From positions 49,786,001 through 49,850,000 of the forward strand of contig NC_043005.1 of the NCBI RefSeq assembly GCF_006345805.1: DNA of 64,000 bases, written 5' to 3'. The position numbers were made by a program, and so were the translations under genes. Shown piece by piece: positions 26,351 to 37,592 of the stretch (positions within the stretch are counted from its first letter, which is position 1; each line of letters begins with the position of its first letter). A model generated the notes under the pieces. It saw only the letters and a list, made by a program, of their open reading frames with translations, searched no databases and was not told where the DNA came from. The DNA is from Octopus sinensis. Lineage: Eukaryota.

Positions 26351-26520
26351 CGCGAGGACGTGGAACAAATATAGTGTCATTGGACGCTCAGGAAAGGAAA
26401 GAAAGAAGGATTTAACGTTTCGAGCTGAGCTCTTCGTCAGAAACATAGAAAAAGGAAAGATCCAAGGAAAGGAAGACGGAGGGAAAAAAACCGCCAACGA
26501 TACACACGTGAACCTCAATG
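26349..26520 (-). mobile_element. Penelope-like LTR remnant abutting (TA)n
   Basis: Second copy of 21998-22160. Carries the hammerhead motif. Confidence 0.6.
26410..26444 (-). ncRNA. Minimal type I hammerhead ribozyme motif
   Basis: GUUU CUGACGA A GAGC UCA GCUC GAA ACGU U AAAU: intact core, 4-bp helix II, palindromic helix III (AACGUU), helix I GUUU/AAAU. Confidence 0.6.
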
Positions 26521-27487
26521 AAATGCACAAGGCTCTCATCAGCTCCCGGGGCAATAAGATACTTGCCCAAGGTGTCGCGAAGTAGGACTAAACTCAAGAC
26601 CACAGGATTGCTTTCTACAACTAAATAGTAGAGTTGATAAAACTGAATCACCTTCATTTCTACAATCTACGACCAAATACACCTTCTGTAGAGAGTCGAC
26701 CAGGAAGTCAAACAGCGAAAGAAATTATTCTGTGTTTACGTGCATATTGTGTGTGTGTGTGTGTTGGATAGAATGTTCTGTTGTAACAGTTCCAGTTCAG
26801 CTGGCCCTTCATCCGTTCGGTGATCATGAAATACTGTACCAGTCAAGAACTGGTGTCAATTCTTCGCTCTTTTCCCTCTCTCAATCTATTTCGCAAGATG
26901 TAATAAACCACCCAAGAAACATGAATGGTGAAACCAGTGTGTGTTACTTGTGTTAACGACCTAGCAAGATATAAATGGCATCATTGATTGAAACAGGAAT
27001 TGAATTTTGTACATACAAGGCTGCCCTTTGTACAAAAACTCGTAGATAATGCAGATTTATCTTATATTCCTTTATAGAGGTTTTATTATAAGGGCTAGTT
27101 ATCTATAATACTGGTTTCAATATTTCAAGACGCTTCAAAACACACTCAAGATTTCAAAGGGTGTGTAATCGATTGTATTAATACAGTAATTCAGTGGTAG
27201 TCATTTTATTGACCCCACGCACCCACATTCTTTTTCTAAATGTTGACGAATAAAAAGGTAAACACCGGTGGGATTTGAACTCAGATCATAGATTAACGTA
27301 ACTATATACATATACTTCCAGGTATTTTAGTAAGTTTAACGCTACCGTTTCTTCTATTACCTCCCAAATCCTTTGATGACTAGGTAAAGAATACGTACAC
27401 CACCCGTTTTCGACGTAACAAAAAACCCTAACCTAATCCTAACTGTAAACACCGGATGTGCGTATTCTTTACTTTCGCAGATATATA

Positions 27488-27630
27488 AAGTCGGTTTATG
27501 TCCGGTCATAGAGTGACCAGTGGTTTCCTATCCACAAAGGGCTCCCAAAGTCTGACAAGCCGTCCATGGGGCTAAGCCCTTTGTGGGTGCGAAACCATTG
27601 GTCCACTATAACCGAACATAGACTTAACTA
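27488..27630. mobile_element. About 145 bp hairpin MITE
   Basis: The left arm agtcggtttatgtccggtcatagagtgaccagtggtttcctatccacaaagggct pairs with agccctttgtgggtgcgaaaccattggtccactataaccgaacatagacttaact. Confidence 0.75.
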
Positions 27631-27676
27631 CATATAAATACATTACTGTTCTCTACTTCAGAGTGTACTTCTTTTT

Positions 27677-27723
<47 letters not shown>

Positions 27724-27890
27724 CATCTGATGTAGAAATAGATATACAGCTGCTAAGTTAACTCTAAACCTAACTCGACGTAGATCATCATCCAGTCTGC
27801 TTTCAGCATAGAGGTTAAGCAACCATTATATTTCGTAGTATTACTGGTTATATATAAAGCAAATATGTAAGACAACTTACGATGAACACA

Positions 27891-28040
27891 AGTTTATATT
27901 ATTAGTTCCTTTTTACGTTTCACTATCGTGATTGTTTGGAACTCTCCGCGTTCGATGTTCCATTAGTACTTAGAACATTCAATGCAGAGCTCCAAACACT
28001 CACAATGGTGAAACGAACGTAGGAACTAATGATATAAACT
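27891..28040. mobile_element. About 150 bp hairpin MITE
   Basis: agtttatattattagttcc...tgtttggaactct pairs with agagctccaaacac...ggaactaatgatataaact. Confidence 0.75.
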
Positions 28041-28154
28041 TAAATTTTATAGAAATTTCTCAAATACATAGATATAACACTTAAAGCGCTTAGCTTTACA
28101 TATGTTATGGGCGCGAAACATTGGGTAACTCTATAAACCGGCCAAAACTATCTA

Positions 28155-28191
<37 letters not shown>

Positions 28192-29063
28192 CGGATTTTA
28201 ATAAACTGAACGTTCATAAAATAGTCATGAATTTTTTAAATAATCATTAGGTGATACGTAATATAATTAAGAACTGGTTAAGTGTAAGAAATTATATAAC
28301 TGAAGGGCAACTGCCCCACAAAATATTAAATTTGGACGTTATTATCTTTCACCTGGTTTCTAGAAAAAGAAAAATCTTAAACGTTGACTAAAATAGATTA
28401 TTATTACTACTATTATTATTTTGTTGTTGTTTTCTACCGTTTTGAAGAAACTGGAATCGGTGGTTGCTTCTTAAATCCCACGCCCAAGTCAACAGCCATG
28501 ACAGAGCAGACCTGTATGATTCAAAGGTATTCCGATTGTGACCATCTCGTCTTTTTGTATGTAATCAAGGACAACAATGTTCAAATGAATTCTCCACACA
28601 TGCTTTTCGAAGCGGTTAGATGGGGGTTGGGTAAAAGAAATAAAATGAGACCTGTCTGCTAGAAATGGTAGCCAGATCTCATTCCATTTCTAAGAAATAC
28701 GCAGAAGCTTCCTTATTGGTTTGGGAAAAGTGAAAGACAAGGCCTACCGGCGTGTCGAATTATAATCAGTACGGAATTCTTTATTTGTTATATAGGGCTA
28801 GTCAATAATAAATAGTAGAATAACGGGTAATGAAAATGAACCGATTAAGAAAAAATAAGTCACAATAAACATATGCGTATATTACGTATGTAACAGGTAA
28901 ATCAGACTTACTTCTTGTTTGCAAAACAATAGACACAACAAAGATTATATCTTTTTAAGCAATAGAACGACAGAGAAAATATTCTTCCTAGTACTAAAAT
29001 GGTATTCAATAACTAATTTAATAGTTGGGCAATTATTAAGATTTTATTACACCCCAAACGACT

Positions 29064-29094
<31 letters not shown>

Positions 29095-29189
29095 ATATAT
29101 ATATATTTGTATGTATGTTTATGTGTATAATCTTTTGCGTAATCGAATTAACTAGCAGTTTGACTGCGTACGTCATTTATTTAATTTAC

Positions 29190-29232
<43 letters not shown>

Positions 29233-29357
29233 CGACCATAAGTTGTTGATTTTAGGTGTTGCAACCAGGATTTGAAGCGTTATTTAAAGATATTAAATGC
29301 AGAAATTCAATTTTAATCAAGACATTAAAAAAAAAAAGAATTAATATTGATACGTAC

Positions 29358-29479
29358 AGATCCAAAGGTGAGAAATCATAATCTCCAATTTTACAGTCTT
29401 TCCCGTCGACACATAAGACGTAAACTCCGTGAATAAAAACAGCAGCGATTAACGATAGCCAAAACCTTGTCCAAGCCAT
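29358..29479 (-). CDS. First coding exon of a secreted or membrane protein (signal peptide; start resembles an MRH/mannose-6-phosphate-receptor-like domain)
   Basis: MAWTRFWLSLIAAVFIHGVYVLCVDG-KDCKIGDYDFSPLD(L), with AGT-ATG context, upstream acceptor tttgctatag and donor GTACGT (phase 2). C..xDFSPL recalls MRH-domain N-termini, but that identity is inference only. Confidence 0.65.
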
Positions 29480-29566
29480 ACTTTTCCTGTTCTATAGCAA
29501 ATATATCTACTTAGCAAATATTGATACGATGCTGAATGAGGACACACATATATACTACATATATAT

Positions 29567-29606
<40 letters not shown>

Positions 29607-30094
29607 GTATGAGTCTTTTCGGCGTGTACTATGAAAACCTGTGATGTGTTGTTTCTGTTAATAGTAAATAAATGTATGTGTGTTTTAAAGGATAATAATT
29701 AAATATTTTTTTGTGTATACTAGCAAGAGAGAGATTGTTGTAGTTACTTGTTACTTTTTCCTAATTTTTTCTCGTCATGTGAAAATACGTATTTTTGTTG
29801 CTGGTATTTTTAACAATACGGGGAGTGTGATATAACACGGATGTTCAATGCGTTTCAACGTGACTATATATATACATACATAAATAAGACAATTAAAACG
29901 TTATATATATATATATATACGCGGATAAAAAAAATAAGAGTACAATGAAGAAATTCGTCAGTGGCTATTCATAAGACCACTGAACGACGACGACCGAGCT
30001 ATTCAGTTAAAAATCCACAAGACAAGACACATTTGAAAAGATAACCACCCAGCGCCAAATAAACCAGCTGTAAGTGTGTTAATATCTAACGGGA

Positions 30095-30120
30095 AGTTGT
30101 TAGGTGCGTCACGGAAGCTA
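30095..30120. promoter_or_regulatory. Possible promoter element (CRE-like TGCGTCA adjacent to ETS CGGAAG) upstream of the signal-peptide exon
   Basis: TGCGTCACGGAAG at 30105-30117 in CpG-rich, non-repeat DNA about 630 bp upstream of the ATG. Confidence 0.25.
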
Positions 30121-31386
30121 AATTAAAAAAAGGGGCAGATAACTGCGATTGTTGTTTGTCCACGCAATTATTCTCCGCAGGTTCTTAGTAGTCGAGAATG
30201 ATTCTGATCCTAACCTTTCCATATCTGACCATCCCCATCATTTATCCACACATAGTGTAATTTAAGACTATGTTATATTTTAACTTTTACTTGTTTCAGT
30301 CATTAGACTCTCAGACATGTTAGGGCACCGCCTTGAAAGTTATATTTAGTTCAACGAAATACTCTATTGATCATTTCTGGTCAAACCACTAGGCTACAGG
30401 AACCTAAAATCCACACCAGTTGTTGGGACCTAAAGTAAATTCACACACATACATACACACGTATATAAATATATATACGAAGGGCTTCCTTCAGGTTCTG
30501 TTTGCCAAATCCACTCACAAGGCTTTGGTTGGCCCAGGGCTATACTATAGACACTTGCCAACGTTGTCACGCAGTGAAACTGAACACAGCAGTAATAGGA
30601 CGATTTGGCTACTATTTCTAGCAGGTGTTGCAACGTCGTTAAGCAGTCCTTTTTTACAACCTGTTTGTCACGAAACTGACATCATAATATTTTATGACTG
30701 TTGTCTCATATTTACAGATTAAATACATTGATTTCATATTTTACTCACCCATGCAATCAGGATGTTCTATTTCGGAGATTGTGGTTGTTGTTGTTGGTGG
30801 TGGTGGTGGTCTTCTTCTTCTTCTTGTATTTAGTGTGTCGAATTTACCATTACAATTACAATAGTAATAATAAACATCTTTCAAAGTTGATTATGTTTTT
30901 TCCCCTTTTTGAAAATGTTATAGAGATTCCTTTGGGTGAGGTGGAGTGGGTGGGGGTTTGGTCCTTGCTGGCAGAATTGGTAGACCGGCAGACAAAATAT
31001 CTTTTGGTGTCTTAGTTTCGTTCCTTTATGTTTTAAGCTCAAATCTGTTTGGGTGCCAATTTAATAATACCCTAGAGTATTTGGGATCGATTTAATTGAA
31101 TGCTAGCAGAAAAGCGGGGCTTATCCCTTGGTTCCGTTGTCATAATTGTTTCACTAATCCAATAACAACAATACAAAATATGTAGCCCTTAAAACGGTTT
31201 TTGTGCATTTACAGATGATACCGAATTGGCTTACACAGGATCTTGTTTTTAGGAATGAATACCCAAATTGTGAAGTCAGATCTGTAATAACATGAAATTA
31301 GTTACCCGATAGTAAGAATTCAAATAAAGTAACCCCGAAAATGGTTTTACTGTGTTCCCAGAATATATAGAACTTAGAAGGAAATA

Positions 31387-31775
31387 GTGTGGTAAGTAGC
31401 TTGTTTACCAACCACATGGTTCCGGGTTCAGTACCACTGCGTGGCACCTTGGGCAAGTGTCTTCTTCTATAGCCTCGGGCCGACCAATGCCTTGTGAGTG
31501 GATTAGGTAGACGGAAACTGAAAGATGCCCGTCGTATATATATGTATGTGCGTGTATGTTTGTGTGTCTGTGTTTGTCCCCCTAGCATTGCTTGACAACC
31601 GATGCTGGTGTGTTTATGTCCCCCGTCACTTAGCGGTTCGGCAAAAGAGACTGATAGAATAAGTACTGGGCTTACAAAGAATAAGTCCCGGGGTCGAGTT
31701 GCTCGATTAAAGGCGGTGCTCCAGCATGGCCGCAGTCAAAATGACTGAAACAAGTAAAAAGAGAGAAAGAGAGAG
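31387..31775 (+). mobile_element. SINE family A (young)
   Basis: Near-identical to the other young copies. Confidence 0.9.
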
Positions 31776-33320
31776 AAAGGTATGTATGCTAAAATCGTGA
31801 AGCGTGTTACGTGATAACAGGCTAATCAGATATGCGATAATAACAATTCAAAGTAAATAACTCTGAAAAGGGCTTTTGTGCATTCAAAAAGAATATTACT
31901 CTCAGGGGCGCTAGTGTTGGTATATTCGTGAATAAGTCACTAACAGAAATAAATGGATCTATTGGTTAGGAAAATACTATTGTTTAAGGATTGTATTGGA
32001 TAAATTGCGAAAATAGCTCTCTAACAGTTCAAATAGTAAGAAATAAGCATACTCAGTTTTATTTTTACCAAATAATTTCGGAAAATGAATTGGTTATTTC
32101 TCTTGGCTATATATAAGGATTCCTGCCAGGGGCGAATGGGTTATTTTCCTTGGTTTTTAAAATAAAATATAATATATATAAGAATCCCTTCCAGAGGTCC
32201 TTTTATCAATTTTTTTCAACAATCTGAGTATGCCATGAGGTTTCCAGACATGAGTAGTACTCACGTGTCAAGTTTCATCAAAATCGATAAAACGATGTAT
32301 GATGAGTTAGCTAACACACCCACAGACAAAATTTACCACATTTGTAATAGATACCAAGCCTCAGAATCGTGCAGGCTTGTTATGTCACAATTGTTAAAAA
32401 TTTTATCTCTGGCACAAACTATAAAGTGAAGTTTGCACAACATTTTTTTTAACGTTGCAATGCTAACATTAGGTACTTTTCTTGGGAAAGTATTCTTAAG
32501 CTTTTTTGCTTTTAGTTCTTTGCAGTAAATATGTTGCAGCTTCTGATACCTATGGGTTGATATGTAACTAATTCATGAACGTTTAACATTTTATTAAATA
32601 TTTCACAAATAAAAGATATTTTTGCAACCTTTTCAGAATTATACTGTGACCCATAAGTTGGGGAACAGTAGGTGTGAAGAGTTGGACAATCAATATTACT
32701 TAACAATCTTTAGTTTCGTTCATCTCTGTTTTGTACCCAAATTTATCAAAATCGATTTTGCCTTTCCTTTGTCTGAATCAGTAATATGAGTACAATTCGT
32801 TTCAATTAATCAAGTAAATCAGCATCAGTCATTGCTTCCCCATTGCTGGGTAAATAAATACTTTCCTATTTTGTTTACATAATTTTTAGTTTGGGGTGAC
32901 TTTTCGTTGTTATTGTTTTGGTCACTAATACGACCGCTAAAGTTGTTTGTTTAAGAACAATTCGATAAGTTTGGGTTCCATTTAACCAATCTAGCCTCTT
33001 GCATATTGTCTCAGATCGGCTTTGGGCTAGTTTCTTATTCAGCATATTAAAAATAGCTTTATTTCCAAGGGATTTCCTATCCGTCATGCCCCTCAGCTGA
33101 TCTGATAATAGTTGCTGGACACCACCTGTTCCCTATTTTAGCCGACCCAGAAGTAAACTAGGGGCAATTCTGAAAATGACGGGCTCATTTGGGCAATATT
33201 TCATGAATGTGTGCTAAACTATAAAAGAAAATGAAATAATTATACAAATACGAAATTACTATTATTAGTTTTTAAAGGAACGTGTGTGTTTTAATAATGG
33301 TATATATGGTATGTATGTAA

Positions 33321-33625
33321 AGGCGCGTGGCTTAGTGGTTAGGGTAATCGGCTCACGGTCGTATGGTCATGAGTTCGATTCCCGGCGGCGCGTTTTCTCC
33401 TTGATCAATGCACCAGTCCACTCAGCTGGCAAAAATGCGCTGTACCTGTAATTCAAAGGGCGGGCCTTGTCGTATTCCGTCACGCTGAATCTCCCTGGGA
33501 GCTACATTAAAGATACGCGTGTCTGTGGAGTGTTTAGTCACTTCCACGTTAATTTCACGAGCAGGCTGCTCTGTTGATCGATTCAACTGGAACCCTCGTC
33601 GTAGTAATCGAAAGAGTGTCAAGTT
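33321..33625 (+). mobile_element. SINE family B
   Basis: tRNA head AGGCGCGTGGCTTAGTGGTTAGGG (A box) ... GAGTTCGATTCCC (B box), followed by ccagtccactcagctggc. Confidence 0.85.
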
Positions 33626-33989
33626 ATATGTTATGAAAACAACTAAATACTGTACGTAGTTGTTTTCACAACAGTTTTATAAACATTCCAAAGAACGCGA
33701 AGTAATTCCTTTTCGGAATTCTCGAAGCACACGCACATAAAGCTATATATATTTATAATTGCATGTAAATATGTAAATATTGGGTTGAAAAACCCTTTTG
33801 GACAGAAAAAGTCGGAGGCTACACATGGGACTGAAATCCACATCTCCTGTAGACATGACAGGCTTTCTACCACTGAACCAAAGTAATCCTTCAAATTTCT
33901 CTTTCCATTCAAGAAACTTTATTTGTATCAATGAGAATTGTACGTTGTTGACTACAAAAATTTTATAAACATTCGAGAGAAGGTGGAGT

Positions 33990-34590
33990 AATTCTTTTGG
34001 TTAATCTCTAGTTTAACACCCGGTCACAATTTTTTTTTTTAAATAGTGTAATAGGTGTAAAACAATGTGTAGTAAACGAATATGTAGAAAAAAATGCACG
34101 CTAACGAGCGGGTGAGGACTCGGAATATTTATTCGATCAAATTTTTTTCCCTCATAACTTTCAGGAAAATGGATATCTTTTAATGGGTGGGTGATAAGAA
34201 GCTTGCTTTCCAACCGCATGGTTCCGGGTTCAGTCCCAGTGCGTGGCACTGTGGGCAAGTGTCTTCAGCTATAGCCTCAAGCCGACTAATGCGTCCTGGA
34301 TGCATTGGTCGGCCGTAAACCATGTAGTTGGGAAGCAAGCCCAGAATCATGTGGTAGGGAAGCAAGCTTCTTATCACACACCCATTAAAAGAGATCCCTT
34401 TTCCTGAAAATTATGAGGGAAAAAATCGGATCGTGTGAATATTCCTAGCCTTCCCCGCCTTCGTTCTTCAGCGCGCGTTTTTCTTCATATTCGTTTGCTA
34501 CACATTGTTTTACTCCTATTACACTATTTTTCCCCATTTTCCTCCCATGTTTTTGACCGGCTGTTAAACTAGAGATTAACCATTCTTTTC
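33990..34590. repeat. About 600 bp diverged inverted duplication centred on SINE heads
   Basis: ttaatctctagtttaac..aatagtgtaatagg..ttttttccctcataactttcagg pairs with cctgaaaattatgagggaaaaaa..cctattacactatt..gttaaactagagattaa. Confidence 0.75.
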
Positions 34591-34986
34591 CGGAATTCTC
34601 GAAGCACACACGCATAAAGCTATAGATAATAGCCATGTAAATATATACATATTTGAAAAATGAATAGAAATGGCTTTGTTGATAATTGTTCCACTTGAGA
34701 TGTTTATCAATCAATAGTTGTTTACAAAGCGTGACTCTGTTGTGAGTTTCTCACTTAAAAGTGGTTTTTAAGCTATTCTAATTTTCCTTTTACTTCAGTC
34801 TCCCCTTGTATGCGTAGGTAGAGTTGTTGAACTACACACACACACACACACACACACACATTCTCGTAAACATCTAATGATTTGTAAACATTCTAATTAT
34901 TAAAGTAGAAAAATTTTCAGAAAATCTATTTCTGTTCATAAGCAATAATAAATCTCTGAACGAGGTATAAACAGTAACTGCACGAC

Positions 34987-35296
34987 AATGTGAAGTATAT
35001 TTGCTATTTAAATGTGGCTAATCACTAAGGGTGGATGCTAGTGTAGCTTGTAGCCCCAGGAGAACATCTCCAGCTGGCTATTGACACACTTTCTGTGCCC
35101 TATCAGTATTTGAAAAGGGAAGCCATCCTTCCCATCGTCGACCTGACGTGATACGCACGGACCCGGGTTTCTGAATATTTACCCGTCGTCAACGCACGAC
35201 AATCAGCTGGAGAAGATGTTCTCCTGGGGCTACAAGCTACAGTAGCATCCACCCTTAGTGGTTAGCCACATTTAAGTGGCAAATATACTTCACATT
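34987..35296. mobile_element. MITE with about 90 bp TIRs
   Basis: aatgtgaagtatatttgc..ccccaggagaacatc..cagctg pairs with cagctg..gatgttctcctgggg..gcaaatatacttcacatt. Confidence 0.85.
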
Positions 35297-35365
35297 ATTT
35301 CTGTTCATGTTTTCAAATATATAATTCGATACCAAAGATTTTCTATCATAATTCTACTACTACTA

Positions 35366-35420
<55 letters not shown>

Positions 35421-35435
35421 ACACGAGCATGCACG

Positions 35436-35494
<59 letters not shown>

Positions 35495-35827
35495 GCACAC
35501 ACGCACACATAGGCATACCTCAACTTATATCAGTATTTTTTTTAAAACTGCGTAATGAAATTTTATTCAAAATACCAACAGGAATATGTGTGGATCTTTT
35601 CTGTTCACAAAAGAAAAACAAAGAAAAAAAGGGAGAATGAAAAAAAAAAAACATCAATTGCACACCGAGTGCTTCAATTGGTTGCCCGTAACAAGATTCA
35701 ACGGAACCTACAGAAGCAATCCAGTACGTCGGTAATTGGTTTCAAGGCATGTGATTTTTCACGAAAAACAACGTAACATTAAAGAATAAATTTTGAACAA
35801 AATCTATTATATCTGTTTTAATAAATG

Positions 35828-36334
35828 ACTAGCAGTATCGCCCGGCGTTGCTCGGGTTTGTAAGGGAAATAACTATATAAGCATTTTTAGAGAGTTACTT
35901 CCCTTATAGATGCCAATTCGGGCTTTCTTAGCCATTTCTGTTTTGGTGTCTTCAAGCCATGAAGTCGTTGTTCTAAAAGAACGCTGGTCTCCTTGACAAC
36001 GCATTACGACGTTGATTTCTTTACACTCCCTTCCCCACAGCTTCACGAGGGAGGGAAGGGGGAGAAGCAAACAGGTGCAGCTGTGACGTGGACGCCAACT
36101 CCGCCGCCATCGACACACGAAAAATTATGCATTAAAATGGAATAAAAAATGATGTTAAATTATTTTTAAAATCGTAGACTCATCGTTGACGCGCGCTAAT
36201 AGCCAGACGGGCTCGATATGAATCACGACTATAAGATACCCGAATTTGGTTAAACTGCACCGCAAAATGTGGGAGGAGTTAGGAATCTAAGTCGAAGGGG
36301 ACAGACACACAACTAGAGTTTTATATATATAGAT
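35828..36334 (+). mobile_element. Non-autonomous Helitron/Helentron-like element
   Basis: Same first ~70 bp as 19657 but a different interior. Ends TATATATATAGAT. Confidence 0.65.
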
Positions 36335-36469
36335 TTGTACATATTTTCATAGGGACTTTATTTGATTCTCCTTTTCAGTATTGGCTTTTAGGCGTAAATT
36401 AGTTGGATTAAATTGATTAAAGTTGGGGTTTATTTTACCCCATTAATTTCTTATAAAACGACATGAGGT

Positions 36470-37560
36470 CAAAAAGATGTAAGTTGAGGTACGCCTGTCG
36501 CGTCTTGTCCCAACATTCGAAATGCGGAGTAGATAAAGCGATGATGAAGGGAATGTTCTTTAAGTTGCCTTTCTCATTTCTCTGTTTGTTTCTTTCGTTG
36601 TTCGTAAAAAAGTTCATTTTCTATGTTTTTGTTTTTTATGTCCTCGTTTCTTATTTTGTCTACATTTTTGATGTCCTGTACCCATATATGCATATATATA
36701 TAGATATATATGTAGGTATGTACAAACACACACACACACACACACACACATGCATATATTTATATATTTTTATATTATTATATGATCGAACGCCACGCAT
36801 CCATTTCCAAGTAAGTTTTATTTTAATTACGATGCGCACTCTTATTCTATCTCTATTCTTTCTATCTATCTCCCTCTCTTGTTCTTCTTCCTTTCTGTTT
36901 CTCTCTCCCATCCTTTCCCTATTTTTCTTCTCTCCCCTTCACCGTTCTCTCTCTCTCTCTCACTCTTCCTCCTTGACTCTCTCGTTGATTACACGTGACC
37001 AACGGCCATCCATCTTTCTTTCTTCTACTTCCTGCCTAAAGACAAGATGTGCTTTTACCTGTCTTTTCTCAAGCTCGTTTTTCCAGCGATCACTACTTCA
37101 CATCTTTTTGACTTAACAACCCTCACCGTTTGTTTTTACTATTTTGTTCTCACTGTCCTATTTTTGCTACCACTTTCACCCGCACAAAATCCCAAATTTT
37201 ATTTAATTTGCTTGGCGGGAAGGATTGTTTTAACGAAGTCGCGTCTTGTCCTTACGTTCGAAACATGGGGTAGATAAAACAGGGGACAACTGATGAAGGG
37301 AATGTTCTTTATGTTGCCTGTCTCGTTTCTCTGTTTGTTTCTTTCATTGTTCGTAAAAATAGTTCGTTTTCTATGTTTTTTTTATGTTCTCGTTTCTCAT
37401 TTTGTCTACGTTGTTTTGATGTCCTGTACCCATATATGCATGTATATATACATATATATGTAGGTATGTACATATATGTATGTATATATGCATATATTTA
37501 TATGTTATTTATATTATTGTATGATCGGACACTACGCATCAATTTTCAAGTAAGTTTTAT
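36470..37560. repeat. Two direct copies (~36470-36830 and ~37230-37560) of a ~350 bp element
   Basis: Shared gtcgcgtcttgtcc..tgatgaagggaatgttcttt..gatgtcctgtacccatatatgca..caagtaagttttat. Confidence 0.8.

Positions 37561-37592
<32 letters not shown>

Noticed and set aside
28384-28662. 92-aa ORF within intron 1
   Set aside because: It overlaps a dispersed repeat (ctagcagacaggtctc../ctagaaat.gcagcc family) and has no compatible splice phase.
31900-31920. CTCF-like motif CAGGGGCGCTAGTG
   Set aside because: A single imperfect match that cannot be supported without ChIP data.
36463-37116. Longest ORF in the track (217 aa, hydrophobic)
   Set aside because: It runs through a duplicated repeat, (CA)n and a CT-rich tract. 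Low complexity with no domain signal.
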